Source of the DNA: a virus
Direction: 5' to 3' (one strand)
Length of the DNA stretch: 36,614 nt
IMG/VR virus record: IMGVR_UViG_3300042804_000010
This document shows positions 8,146 to 16,507 of the stretch, piece after piece. Position numbers and translations under genes: made by a program. Under the pieces are notes generated by a model. The model did not search any database. It saw only the letters and a list, made by a program, of their open reading frames with translations, and was not told the origin of the DNA. Positions within the stretch are counted from its first letter, which is position 1. Each line of letters begins with the position of its first letter.

Positions 8146-8189
8146 CGAGCGTTCAAATTATCTTAGTTTCCACCTCATGATTTACTCTC

Positions 8190-8450
8190 CTATCTCGCCC
8201 CGCAGATTCCCGACTCGCAATCCGGATCTACTTCTCTATCAAATCCACCGTCGAGACCAACTTTATTTGCTTCCGTTTCAGACTCATTATTTGACTTTTC
8301 CCGGCTTTCTAATATTTTTTCTGGAACCATTTCTTTTTCGCCGCACTCCTGGCAAATTAGAATTTTGTAATCAGAATAACTTGTTAATTCAGTTTCTTTA
8401 ATTCGGTGATCAGTTTCTTTTCGACAACTTTTGCACTCTTTATTAATCAT
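8190..8450 (-). CDS. Small zinc-ribbon protein
   Basis: Track ORF 8190..8507; AGGAGG lies 6 nt upstream of internal ATG 8450; product MINKECKSCRKETDH...ICQECGEKE. Confidence 0.5.
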   Translation of the reverse strand: MINKECKSCRKETDHRIKETELTSYSDYKILICQECGEKEMVPEKILESREKSNNESETEANKVGLDGGFDREVDPDCESGICGAR

Positions 8451-8516
8451 ATTTACCTCCTGCCTATTTTTGTAAACCTCGCTATAAACCAAATTATAAA
8501 TATCCAAAATACAATT

Positions 8517-8639
8517 CTACTGTTCATCTTCTTCCTCTTGCAACTTTCTGTACTTCTCCTCGACAATTTCATCAATTACTGATTCCGGTAGTCCTGGATG
8601 CTCTTTTCTAAGTTTTTCTTTGATGTGATCAAGATTCAT
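8517..8639 (-). CDS. Small acidic protein (40 aa), not in ORF track
   Basis: Manual translation MNLDHIKEKLRKEHPGLPESVIDEIVEEKYRKLQEEEDEQ; strong RBS AAGGAGG 5 nt upstream of ATG 8639. Confidence 0.45.
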   Translation of the reverse strand: MNLDHIKEKLRKEHPGLPESVIDEIVEEKYRKLQEEEDEQ

Positions 8640-8649
8640 GTCGCCCTCC

Positions 8650-8850
8650 TTAGCCGATTTTGTTAATCCACTCAATATTAGTGATTACTAATTTGCTTTT
8701 TTTATTCAATTTTTCTTCTAATTCATCTTCTAATCTCCGCCTTCGCGCTGGAGTTATTCTTTTGGAAGTGCTTATAAGCACGTTTCCTGTATCCTCAACT
8801 GTTTTATAGTGAATTCTATATCTGAAAAAATTTTGTTTTTTAATTTTCAT
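8650..8850 (-). CDS. Hypothetical small basic protein (66 aa)
   Basis: ORF in early array; Arg-rich segment PARRRRLEDE. Confidence 0.4.
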   Translation of the reverse strand: MKIKKQNFFRYRIHYKTVEDTGNVLISTSKRITPARRRRLEDELEEKLNKKSKLVITNIEWINKIG

Positions 8851-8865
8851 CTGTCCCTCCTAACT

Positions 8866-9198
8866 TTAACCAGTATTCCTTTGATTTTTCCAATATTCCC
8901 AGTGATCACAATCCTCCAGTTCAATTTTACAGTTATCTTTTTCTTTGCAGTGACCGCAGAAGTTATCTTCAAGCTTTTTTAGCATTCTTTCTTTCGCGCT
9001 AATTCTTTCAATGCCGAGATATTTGCTTTTGAATTCTGACCATTTCATTCTTTTAATGATAAACCCTATACTCGGTCCGCCAAACTTTTTCTTATATCGC
9101 TTATAGGACCTATAAGTCAAATCTTTTTCTCCACTCCATTTGACTGCAGCCTTTGCAGTTTTTATCGCGTCCTTCATAGACCAAGCCATTTTAAGCAC
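8866..9198 (-). CDS. Hypothetical protein with C-terminal Cys/His cluster
   Basis: 110-aa ORF; C-terminus FCGHCKEKDNCKIELEDCDHWEYW. Confidence 0.4.
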   Translation of the reverse strand: MLKMAWSMKDAIKTAKAAVKWSGEKDLTYRSYKRYKKKFGGPSIGFIIKRMKWSEFKSKYLGIERISAKERMLKKLEDNFCGHCKEKDNCKIELEDCDHWEYWKNQRNTG

Positions 9199-9412
9199 CT
9201 CTCACTTTAATTTCCAGCCTGATTTCTTTGAAACTTTCACTAAGGTCTATCTCAAAGTTTGTATAATTAGAACTTTCTAAAGCTCGCTCAATGACCGGGC
9301 CAGCAAGTTTAATCCTTTTTCCTTCATTTTCCCGCTTTACGCTTTTAATCAAATCTGCCATATCGTCTTTGGTTACCTGATCAACATTTCCAGTTACTAT
9401 TATTGGTTTCAT
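9191..9412 (-). CDS. Hypothetical protein (73 aa)
   Basis: ORF in early array. Confidence 0.4.
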   Translation of the reverse strand: MKPIIVTGNVDQVTKDDMADLIKSVKRENEGKRIKLAGPVIERALESSNYTNFEIDLSESFKEIRLEIKVRGA

Positions 9413-9416
9413 TTCC

Positions 9417-10160
9417 TCACTCCTTAAATCTATCCCAGTCTTCTATGAAATGGTCTTTCCACTTATAGTCGCAATTATCAGGACTGTCTTTGTTTTTAGC
9501 ATTTTTAGCAGCTGTCTTAAGATCGTCAATATCTTCAATGCCTTTTTGGGTCCAATCGTTCAATACTGCTCGACAATATGCCAGGGGTTTATCTTTTTCG
9601 ACTGAAATCTTGCAGGCTTTCAAAATTACTGCCTCTGACATTTGCTGCAGGTAGTTTTCGAACTTATCCACATTTTCTTCAAAGAAAATTTTGAATTTCT
9701 TTTTCTTATTTTCATTATTTTTCATTATTAAATCATTATTAACATTATTGTTTGTGTGTTTTTGATGTGTTTTTGATGTGTTTTGGTTATGCTTTTGATA
9801 TGTTTTTGCGTCGTTTTTACAATTATCTAAACCTTGATAATCGCTATAATTTAGCACCTTAACGACCGTCTTTTTAGTGTCGCTTTTATAACTTATCATT
9901 TCTTGATTGGTCAAAAGTTTTAGAAAGTTTTTAACTTTTGTATTTGACCAACCCCAGCGATCACAAAGTTTTCTAATTGAAGTTATCATTTCCCCTGGCT
10001 CGACCTTTACAACTTCATTCCCCAGCAGAACTTCATTTTCTTTATGATTAACCGAAAGCAGTATATCTATCCAAGCTTGACCTTTCGCAAAAGGTTTATC
10101 CTGCCAGAGAATATTATTCTGCATTTTTCTATGAAGAGAAATCCATCCTTGAGCTCCCAC
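9417..10160 (-). CDS. Replication protein (phage replisome organiser / DnaD-like)
   Basis: N-terminus GWISLHRKMQNNILWQDKPFAKGQAWIDILL...; C-terminus ...AYCRAVLNDWTQKGIEDIDDL resembles a DnaD-type domain; central low-complexity linker is encoded by the iteron-like repeats. Confidence 0.55.
   Translation of the reverse strand: MGAQGWISLHRKMQNNILWQDKPFAKGQAWIDILLSVNHKENEVLLGNEVVKVEPGEMITSIRKLCDRWGWSNTKVKNFLKLLTNQEMISYKSDTKKTVVKVLNYSDYQGLDNCKNDAKTYQKHNQNTSKTHQKHTNNNVNNDLIMKNNENKKKKFKIFFEENVDKFENYLQQMSEAVILKACKISVEKDKPLAYCRAVLNDWTQKGIEDIDDLKTAAKNAKNKDSPDNCDYKWKDHFIEDWDRFKE
9756..9820. repeat. Iteron-like tandem repeats (about 6 copies of an 11-bp unit gtgtttttgat), candidate origin
   Basis: Two perfect tandem copies at 9756-9766 and 9767-9777, followed by degenerate copies gtgttttggtt, atgcttttgat, atgtttttgcg, tcgtttttac; lies inside the linker of the replication gene. 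Confidence 0.55.
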
Positions 10161-10164
10161 CTAA

Positions 10165-10701
10165 TCAACCCCTTGTGTCACCTTCTAAAGCATTTAGCAA
10201 ATCTTTAAGTTCTTTGTTTAATTCAAACCGATCAGGTCTAACTGGCATAACTAAGCCAACCAGATTTCCGTTGTCAGAATAAATTGCGACAATAGAAATT
10301 TCACTCTTGATTTTTAATTGATAACCTTCAAAAATTTGATAATAATTATCTTGCATTACACCAACGCAATTGTTGGTATAATAAAGTCTATATTCATCAT
10401 CAAATATAAACTTAGATGCTTTTGCCGGTTCAAAACTATCTAGTTTTTCAAATAATTCTCCGATATCCGGGCCATCTCCACTCAAAGTCATTCCATAGGT
10501 GGAGCACTTATCTCCAACTTCTAAATCTGGTATATAGGCATTTCTTTTTAATGAAGAATATTTACTCTTGAATCTATTAAACTGATTTTGATTCATCCTA
10601 ATTAAAAAATACGTATTAGTTACCCAATAAGTGTTTTCTTCTTCCCGCCAACAATGAACATTATCTTTCTTTAACTCCTTAATTGCTTTTTTAATTTTCA
10701 T
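10165..10701 (-). CDS. Hypothetical protein (178 aa)
   Basis: ORF in early array downstream of the replication gene. Confidence 0.45.
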   Translation of the reverse strand: MKIKKAIKELKKDNVHCWREEENTYWVTNTYFLIRMNQNQFNRFKSKYSSLKRNAYIPDLEVGDKCSTYGMTLSGDGPDIGELFEKLDSFEPAKASKFIFDDEYRLYYTNNCVGVMQDNYYQIFEGYQLKIKSEISIVAIYSDNGNLVGLVMPVRPDRFELNKELKDLLNALEGDTRG

Positions 10702-11065
10702 TAGGCCTTTCCTCCTCTAATAGTTTTGATTTTCTCAACCTCAGATTACTAAATTTAATCTTTTCTTTCTCCAGTATTTCATTTGCCCGCCAGAATGGAT
10801 TATCGTCACTTCTGAAAAAGAAATACATTGTCTGACCTAATTCCTTATCAAAATAAATGGCCTCGTAAAGTTCCATATTTGCCTCTTTCTCGTCAATCTT
10901 CTTTTCGATAGCCTTTTGTACCTTAATCTCAATCGTCTGCTCGTTTGATACGAGATTATCCAAATATTCGTCGGCTGTTAAGACAGTTCCGACCGCAATT
11001 CCAATAGAAAAGACCATGATGAAAAAACTGAATGCTATTTTTTTGTTAATTGTCATCATTTCCAT
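10691..11065 (-). CDS. Membrane-anchored hypothetical protein
   Basis: N-terminal hydrophobic segment IAFSFFIMVFSIGIAVGTVL followed by a charged domain. Confidence 0.45.
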   Translation of the reverse strand: MEMMTINKKIAFSFFIMVFSIGIAVGTVLTADEYLDNLVSNEQTIEIKVQKAIEKKIDEKEANMELYEAIYFDKELGQTMYFFFRSDDNPFWRANEILEKEKIKFSNLRLRKSKLLEEERPNEN

Positions 11066-11265
11066 CGCTCCAGGTTGTTAATGTTTTTAAATTCTGATAT
11101 ATTATAGTTAGATGTTTTTTCTTGATCAGCTGTTCCTGCAGCTGGTCTTTTTATTTCTCTATACATTTCTTTGATATCCTTCCATAATTCCGGGCCAGCT
11201 TTAAATATAATGAATAACCAGCCAATGAACATGAATAATCTTGCTATAAAGTCTAAGTTTTGCAT
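11056..11265 (-). CDS. Small membrane protein (69 aa)
   Basis: N-terminal hydrophobic helix FIARLFMFIGWLFIIF. Confidence 0.4.
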   Translation of the reverse strand: MQNLDFIARLFMFIGWLFIIFKAGPELWKDIKEMYREIKRPAAGTADQEKTSNYNISEFKNINNLERWK

Positions 11266-11552
11266 TATTTCACTCTCCTAACTTTCTTGAATGGTTTCTT
11301 CTCATTAACATTATTTCCATACCACCAGACGAAAAATGTTTCTTTCGGAATCCTCCAGCCAAAACCTTTGATTTTCTTAGCCCCTGGAATGTCTCCTCGA
11401 TTGAGTGCTTCATAAGTTCTGGCCTGCGAAGTATTCATAATTTCCATAATGTCTGCCGGCTTGAGTGCCGAAGGATAATCGTCTATCTTTTCGTTGATTC
11501 GTTCGTCTAATACTGATTTGACTGCTGATTGAACATTAATTGTTAAGCTCAT
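11265..11552 (-). CDS. Helix-turn-helix DNA-binding protein (excisionase/AlpA-type HTH)
   Basis: 95-aa ORF with ...PADIMEIMNTSQARTYEALNRGDIPGAKKIKGFGWRIPKETF..., a winged-helix pattern. Confidence 0.5.
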   Translation of the reverse strand: MSLTINVQSAVKSVLDERINEKIDDYPSALKPADIMEIMNTSQARTYEALNRGDIPGAKKIKGFGWRIPKETFFVWWYGNNVNEKKPFKKVRRVK

Positions 11553-11564
11553 TGGTTTACCTCC

Positions 11565-12341
11565 TTATTTAAGATACTGAACATTATAATTTCCTCTCTC
11601 AGTCTCAACTCTTTCTGGCTTACCTTTGATAGTTAGCCAACCTCTGACCTTTTCCATTACTGATGGATAATACTGTTCTTGAGAGTATTGATGACTGCCA
11701 TTACTGCCCATTGTGGTCTCAATTTCGTTAGGTTTAAGGTCTAGATCATTAATTATTGCTCCGATTGCCTGATGATGCGGATTGCCAGAGTTACTATAAA
11801 CACCAATTCTTTTTGCTATATCGGTGCAAGTTAATAGATTATCTGGCAACTGCACATGAAAAGGTAGATTAATTCCAGCTTCTTCATATATACTTTTAAT
11901 CGCTGTCATTTTAGATGAAGCGCTTAATTGCAATTCTTCCATCAAGGGCATTAACATTTTTGTAGACTCTAAAGCGAATTGTTTGCCATCAACCGATTGA
12001 TTATTTTGAGCTATACCTCTTGCTCGCTTTTCCACTTCAATAAAGTATTTTCTTATTTTTCTACCTTGCCGATTTCTCTCAACCATTCCAAGTTCTTTCC
12101 CCATATCCAAACTTAAAACATATTCTTTAGGAGGCCTGCCACCTGAACTTTCCCCCAAAAATGTGGAAAAGTCTATTCCTTTTTCAAATCCATAATCAGA
12201 TACTCTTTGACTAATCCAAGTTGAAAAATCTCTTTCGACACCCAAATAGTCATGTAATTCTCTAGCATTCACAACTTTTTCGCCTTCATCGGTTAAATAA
12301 ACTGGAATTAATTTGTTTTCTAAGATTTTTAGAGCATTCAT
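11565..12341 (-). CDS. Phage antirepressor (AntA-domain)
   Basis: N-terminus ...VVNARELHDYLGVERDFSTWISQRVSDYGFEKGIDF matches the AntA-type antirepressor pattern; second gene of the leftward early operon after cro. Confidence 0.65.
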   Translation of the reverse strand: MNALKILENKLIPVYLTDEGEKVVNARELHDYLGVERDFSTWISQRVSDYGFEKGIDFSTFLGESSGGRPPKEYVLSLDMGKELGMVERNRQGRKIRKYFIEVEKRARGIAQNNQSVDGKQFALESTKMLMPLMEELQLSASSKMTAIKSIYEEAGINLPFHVQLPDNLLTCTDIAKRIGVYSNSGNPHHQAIGAIINDLDLKPNEIETTMGSNGSHQYSQEQYYPSVMEKVRGWLTIKGKPERVETERGNYNVQYLK

Positions 12342-12369
12342 TTTACCCCTCCTAATAATTTTGTGTGAT

Positions 12370-12582
12370 TTAGCTGTACTCTATTTCTAAAAAAAGACGA
12401 CTGATCGGAATTTGCAACTCATCAGAAACTTTCCTGAGCGTTTCAATAGATGGGTTACTATCTCCTCTTTCTATCGCTGCTATAGTTGAATGTGCTAACC
12501 CTATCCGGCGTGCCAACTCTCGCTGGCTCCATTCTAAATCTTCTCTATATTTTTTTATAGCCAGCCCGATGTGTTTATCCAT
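12370..12582 (-). CDS. Cro-like XRE-family HTH regulator
   Basis: 70-aa ORF ...WSQRELARRIGLAHSTIAAIERGDSNPSIETLRKV...; divergent from the cI-like gene. Confidence 0.75.
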   Translation of the reverse strand: MDKHIGLAIKKYREDLEWSQRELARRIGLAHSTIAAIERGDSNPSIETLRKVSDELQIPISRLFLEIEYS

Positions 12583-12650
12583 TTTATCACCTCCAAAAAT
12601 CTCGGAATAATCTCTAAAAATTCTCGAAAAATAGCTCTAACTTGTTTATC

Positions 12651-12679
12651 ATTGTATTTTATAACTGCACAAAAATCAA
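12651..12679 (-). promoter_or_regulatory. Candidate leftward early promoter (TTGATT-17-TACAAT on minus strand)
   Basis: Plus-strand aatcaa at 12674-12679 and attgta at 12651-12656 are the reverse complements of the -35 and -10 boxes, 17 bp apart, upstream of the cro-like gene. Confidence 0.45.
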
Positions 12680-12773
12680 GCAAAATATTTCCTTTCTAAA
12701 GCATTTAAGACTTATCAGATTAAATTAACTAATTATTATTAACTTATACTGCTTTATACTCGTACACTCATAC

Positions 12774-12802
12774 TTTACAAAATAATACATTAATATTATA
12801 AT
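12774..12802 (+). promoter_or_regulatory. Candidate repressor promoter (TTTACA-17-TATAAT)
   Basis: -35 at 12774-12779, -10 at 12797-12802, 17-bp spacer; about 45 bp upstream of the cI-like ATG (12846), which is preceded by RBS AAAGGGGGGA. Confidence 0.5.
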
Positions 12803-12845
12803 ATAAGTGTACAGTATTTAAAACACAAAAAAAGGGGGGATTTAG

Positions 12846-13490
12846 ATGACATTAGGTGAAAAGATTAGAGAACTAAGGACAAAAAAGGGCTATTCTCTTC
12901 GAAAATTGTCGAAAATAGTTGGTTCTGCTTCTCACTCCTATATTGCCGCTATAGAACGTGGCGAAAATAACCCATCATTAAACATATTGTCAGATATCGC
13001 AAATGTTCTTGGAGTATCAACAGCTTATTTATTGGACATTTATGATAAAGAAAAGTCTGGAAATGAAAAGTTTAAGATTGATGAACATTCAGGGGAGATT
13101 TCAAAAGAGGAGATGATTAGTGTGCCGATTGTCGGAGATGTAGCAGCAGGTGAACCAATACTCGCAGACGAACATATAGAAGGATATAGACAAATGCCCG
13201 CAAAAGACATCAATGGGGAATGTTTTTTGCTCAAAATTAAAGGCGATAGCATGATCAATGCAGGGATTCATGAAAACGATTTGGTATTAATCAGACAGCA
13301 GGCAAAAGTTGAGACCGGAGATATTGCAGCTGTAATGATTGATAATGAAAATGCGACATTAAAAAGAGTTTATTTTCATGACAATTCAGTTTTGCTGCAG
13401 TCTGAAAACTTGAAATATAAGCCGATGAATATTAATAATGAAAGAGTTAAAATTATTGGTAAAGCAATAGAAGTTATTCACAAACTATAA
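12846..13490 (+). CDS. CI-like repressor (N-terminal XRE HTH plus C-terminal S24/LexA-like peptidase domain)
   Basis: N-terminus LRKLSKIVGSASHSYIAAIERGENNPSLNIL; C-terminus ...PIVGDVAAGEPILA...KGDSMINAGI...KRVY with Ser/Lys dyad spacing typical of autocleaving repressors. Confidence 0.8.
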   Translation: MTLGEKIRELRTKKGYSLRKLSKIVGSASHSYIAAIERGENNPSLNILSDIANVLGVSTAYLLDIYDKEKSGNEKFKIDEHSGEISKEEMISVPIVGDVAAGEPILADEHIEGYRQMPAKDINGECFLLKIKGDSMINAGIHENDLVLIRQQAKVETGDIAAVMIDNENATLKRVYFHDNSVLLQSENLKYKPMNINNERVKIIGKAIEVIHKL

Positions 13491-13502
13491 AGGAGGAGAA
13501 TT

Positions 13503-14192
13503 ATGAAGAAAATTTTAATTGTTTTTTTAATTTTATTTATTTTATCTAGCTCAGCAACTGCGGCTAGAAACTGGGAGAAGCAATATACATTAGATAATTT
13601 ATTTATTGATTCTACAGCAAACGGCGAACTTTGGGAAACAATAGATAAAGCTGACCGAATAAATACAGCTTTAGTTTACAATAAAGTAAAAATAGGCCAG
13701 CCGCTATTAATTTCTTATTCAAGGTATGGTGCAAATGCAGAAATCAGCGAGTATTACAAAAATGAAGAATTTATAAAAGAAAACCAGCGATTTTATCCTA
13801 CGGGTTCATATTTGAAAATGGTGTACATGGGGCAAGACGCACAAAATAATATTAGATTAAAGGTTTATGATCATTATTATGGCAACGAAAAGAAACTTTA
13901 TAAAAGAATCAATTCGCTAATTGAAGAAGATTATCCCTCAGAGGAAGATAAAGAGGGAATGCTTGAGAGAACCGGCATTGAAAGTGAAAAAAAGTTGAAA
14001 GAGGTTATAGTTAAGATAATCACTTTAGATAGTGATTATTATTATTTTGACTTAGACACCGATTCAGCCCCTTATGATGATTTTCAATTATCTTCTAATA
14101 AAATTTTAAAATTTTGGGATGAATCAATACCACCGATCAAGATTAAAACAAATATGATAGACTCAACAATAAAAGTTGAAATAGTCAACTAG
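13503..14192 (+). CDS. Secreted protein with signal peptide (candidate lysogenic-conversion/exclusion factor)
   Basis: N-terminus MKKILIVFLILFILSSSATAA is a signal-peptide-like segment; sits between the repressor and integrase; RBS AGGAGGAG. Confidence 0.55.
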   Translation: MKKILIVFLILFILSSSATAARNWEKQYTLDNLFIDSTANGELWETIDKADRINTALVYNKVKIGQPLLISYSRYGANAEISEYYKNEEFIKENQRFYPTGSYLKMVYMGQDAQNNIRLKVYDHYYGNEKKLYKRINSLIEEDYPSEEDKEGMLERTGIESEKKLKEVIVKIITLDSDYYYFDLDTDSAPYDDFQLSSNKILKFWDESIPPIKIKTNMIDSTIKVEIVN

Positions 14193-14209
14193 AAAGGAAG
14201 GTTAAATTT

Positions 14210-14476
14210 ATGACAGATGTAATTATAGCGATACTTTGGTTTGTCGCAGGAGGGAATTGGTTATTATCAGCCGTAGTTTTTTATTTAGCTTTCAATGGAA
14301 TGCATTCAATGGCCCTTGCGGGTTCTAATTACGGCTTATTTGGAGCCTTTCAAGGCATAGCTCTTGGGGTTGCGCTTATTATAGTCGGCACTATTTTTGG
14401 AGCTGTGGCAGTTTTAATTTCAGAAGTTCGTGATTCAAAACAATTATTACAAAATATAATCAAAGAAGGTGATTAA
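14210..14476 (+). CDS. Small integral membrane protein (2-3 TM helices)
   Basis: 88 aa, Gly/Ala-rich hydrophobic segments (IIAILWFVAGGNWLLSAVVFYLAF; GIALGVALIIVGTIFGAVAVLI); stop abuts the integrase start. Confidence 0.5.
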   Translation: MTDVIIAILWFVAGGNWLLSAVVFYLAFNGMHSMALAGSNYGLFGAFQGIALGVALIIVGTIFGAVAVLISEVRDSKQLLQNIIKEGD

Positions 14477-15622
14477 ATGCCTCATATTGAAAAAACTGCA
14501 AATGGAAAGTATAAAGCTGTCATTGAAGTTGGCGCCGGCGCCAGGCGAAAAAGAAGAACAAAAACATTCGAAAGAAAAAAAGATGCAAAAAGCTGGCAAG
14601 CTAATATGTTAGTTGATCAAGAAAAAGGCAGATATGTTTCTTCCGCATCATTAACTGTCGGTGATCATATGCTTGACTGGCTGGATAACGAGAAGAAACC
14701 GCACATCGCCACAACTACTTATGATAATTACAAAAACCGTATAAAAACTTATATTATACCCGAAATAGGATATATTCCATTGCAGGAACTGGAGCCCTTC
14801 CATATTAGCCGATTTATGGGCTATTTAAGAAAGAATGGAAGTGTCAGGAATGATGGCGGCCTGTCTGAAAATACTCTCAAGAAAATATATGTAGTGCTTA
14901 ATTCAGCGATGGAAAAGGCAGTCCAGTGGCGGTTAATAAAATATAACCCAGTCCAGGCGATTGAATCACCACAACCGAAAAAGAAAGAAGCTAAGTCAAT
15001 GAGCTTTGAGGAAGTTCAAAAATTACTTGATTCAGTTAACGATAAATTTATGCACACATTTTTGAGTTTTGCTGTCCTTACCGGAATGAGAAAAAGTGAA
15101 ATGCTTGGCCTAGAGTGGTCAGAAGTTGATTTAGAGAATGAAACTGTCGAAGTAAAAAAGCGATTAGTTGTTAATCAAAATAGTGATCAGGGAATTGAGC
15201 ATGAAGAAGCGACAAAGCGAGAAGCCAGCAGAAGAGTGATTGCGATTCCTTCGAAACTGGCAAAAATATTGAAAAATTATAAGGTCCATCAAACAGAATT
15301 AAGGCTGCAGCTGGCGGATGAATATAATGATGAAAAGCAATTTGTTTTCTGTAAGTCTGACGGGAATCCTTATTATCCGTCAACAATTACTAGAAATGCA
15401 AAAAAGGCCATACTCAGAGCTGATTTAAGCTCCGAATACAGCCTTCATACATTGCGCCATACATTCGCTACCTTGCAACTTAAAACCGGGACAGATGCCA
15501 AAACTATACAAGAAATGCTCGGTCATGGGAATATCTCCACTACTATGGATATATACTCTCATGTTGATATTGACATGCAGAAAGAAGCCGCAAAGAAATT
15601 AGAAAATGAGATTGTTATTTAG
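14477..15622 (+). CDS. int: Tyrosine integrase (site-specific recombinase)
   Basis: C-terminal catalytic pattern ...HTLRHTFATLQL...LGHGNISTTMDIYSHV (R...HxxR...Y) and N-terminal SAM-like domain. Confidence 0.85.
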   Translation: MPHIEKTANGKYKAVIEVGAGARRKRRTKTFERKKDAKSWQANMLVDQEKGRYVSSASLTVGDHMLDWLDNEKKPHIATTTYDNYKNRIKTYIIPEIGYIPLQELEPFHISRFMGYLRKNGSVRNDGGLSENTLKKIYVVLNSAMEKAVQWRLIKYNPVQAIESPQPKKKEAKSMSFEEVQKLLDSVNDKFMHTFLSFAVLTGMRKSEMLGLEWSEVDLENETVEVKKRLVVNQNSDQGIEHEEATKREASRRVIAIPSKLAKILKNYKVHQTELRLQLADEYNDEKQFVFCKSDGNPYYPSTITRNAKKAILRADLSSEYSLHTLRHTFATLQLKTGTDAKTIQEMLGHGNISTTMDIYSHVDIDMQKEAAKKLENEIVI

Positions 15623-15646
15623 ACCCCTATTCGGGGTCTTTTTTAT
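15622..15646 (+). terminator. Rho-independent terminator after int
   Basis: gacccc-tattc-ggggtc hairpin immediately followed by ttttttt, overlapping the int stop codon. Confidence 0.7.
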
Positions 15647-15678
15647 TTATTATTTTTTAAAAAAGATTGATAAAACTC

Positions 15679-15707
15679 TTGACAGTACCACGCTATCGTG
15701 GTATAAT
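15679..15707 (+). promoter_or_regulatory. Near-consensus sigma70-type promoter (TTGACA-17-TATAAT) with a palindrome in the spacer
   Basis: TTGACA at 15679-15684, TATAAT at 15702-15707; the 17-bp spacer contains ccacg-ctat-cgtgg (5-bp inverted arms); followed by RBS AAAGGAGGA and ATG 15754. Confidence 0.65.
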
Positions 15708-15753
15708 TAAGTTGTAATAAAGAAAGGGAACAAAAATCAAAGGAGGAAAGATA

Positions 15754-16083
15754 ATGAAAAAACAAAAAAGAGTTGTTGGTGAAGTTTATATAGCAATAGG
15801 CAGAAATACACAGAAAGTTGTAGCGGTCGGGGAAAAGAATACTTATGAAAATAAAGAAAAATTAAAAGAGGCTGGTTACAAGTGGGATGCAAGCCAAAAA
15901 GAATGGATAAAAGAAGTTAAAATTGATATGACAGATATAGACCCAAAAAGTAAAGAAGACAATTTAAAAGTAGCAAAAAGAGCAGTTGAAATTTTAAGAG
16001 AACTACAAAAACCAGAATTTATTAACTTAATTGCCGATGAGCAAAGAACAAAAAAGATTATAGAATTTGCTGACAATCACTAA
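15754..16083 (+). CDS. Hypothetical protein (109 aa), first gene of post-int cassette
   Basis: ORF with strong RBS directly downstream of the consensus promoter; no recognisable family. Confidence 0.5.
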   Translation: MKKQKRVVGEVYIAIGRNTQKVVAVGEKNTYENKEKLKEAGYKWDASQKEWIKEVKIDMTDIDPKSKEDNLKVAKRAVEILRELQKPEFINLIADEQRTKKIIEFADNH

Positions 16084-16132
16084 TAAATTTTAGCTCTGCC
16101 GGTGGCTTAATAACCGGCAAAGGAGGATAAAA

Positions 16133-16507
16133 ATGATTATCAAATTAATTTTAGAACAATTCAAAAGCATTGAGCGGAATTATCAAGGTTCAGAAAATTA
16201 TCATCAAAATGAGATTGTGAAGGTTGTTGACCCAGATAGTGAATTTTATGGAGCAACAGGAAAATACAAAGGGTTAAAAGAAAGAAAAATACCACAAGAT
16301 ATTTACGAAGTTGAAATTATATCTTACCTCTGGAAAGTTATGACTTTCAAAGAGGCTTCAGAAAAATATGATGTGGCAGTATCAACATTAAGACATAGAG
16401 CCTCAGACGGAAGATTCGAAGATGGTGATATTAGGAAGTCGGGCAAAACTTGGTTAGTCACAAAATCAGCAATGGACCGGATATACGGAGGTGCAAAAAA
16501 TGACTGA
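16133..16507 (+). CDS. HTH-containing protein (possible excisionase-like DNA-binding domain)
   Basis: RBS AAAGGAGGA; C-terminal ...MTFKEASEKYDVAVSTLRHRASDGRFEDGDIRKSGKTWLV resembles excisionase/MerR-type HTH; lies between int and the candidate attP. Confidence 0.45.
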   Translation: MIIKLILEQFKSIERNYQGSENYHQNEIVKVVDPDSEFYGATGKYKGLKERKIPQDIYEVEIISYLWKVMTFKEASEKYDVAVSTLRHRASDGRFEDGDIRKSGKTWLVTKSAMDRIYGGAKND

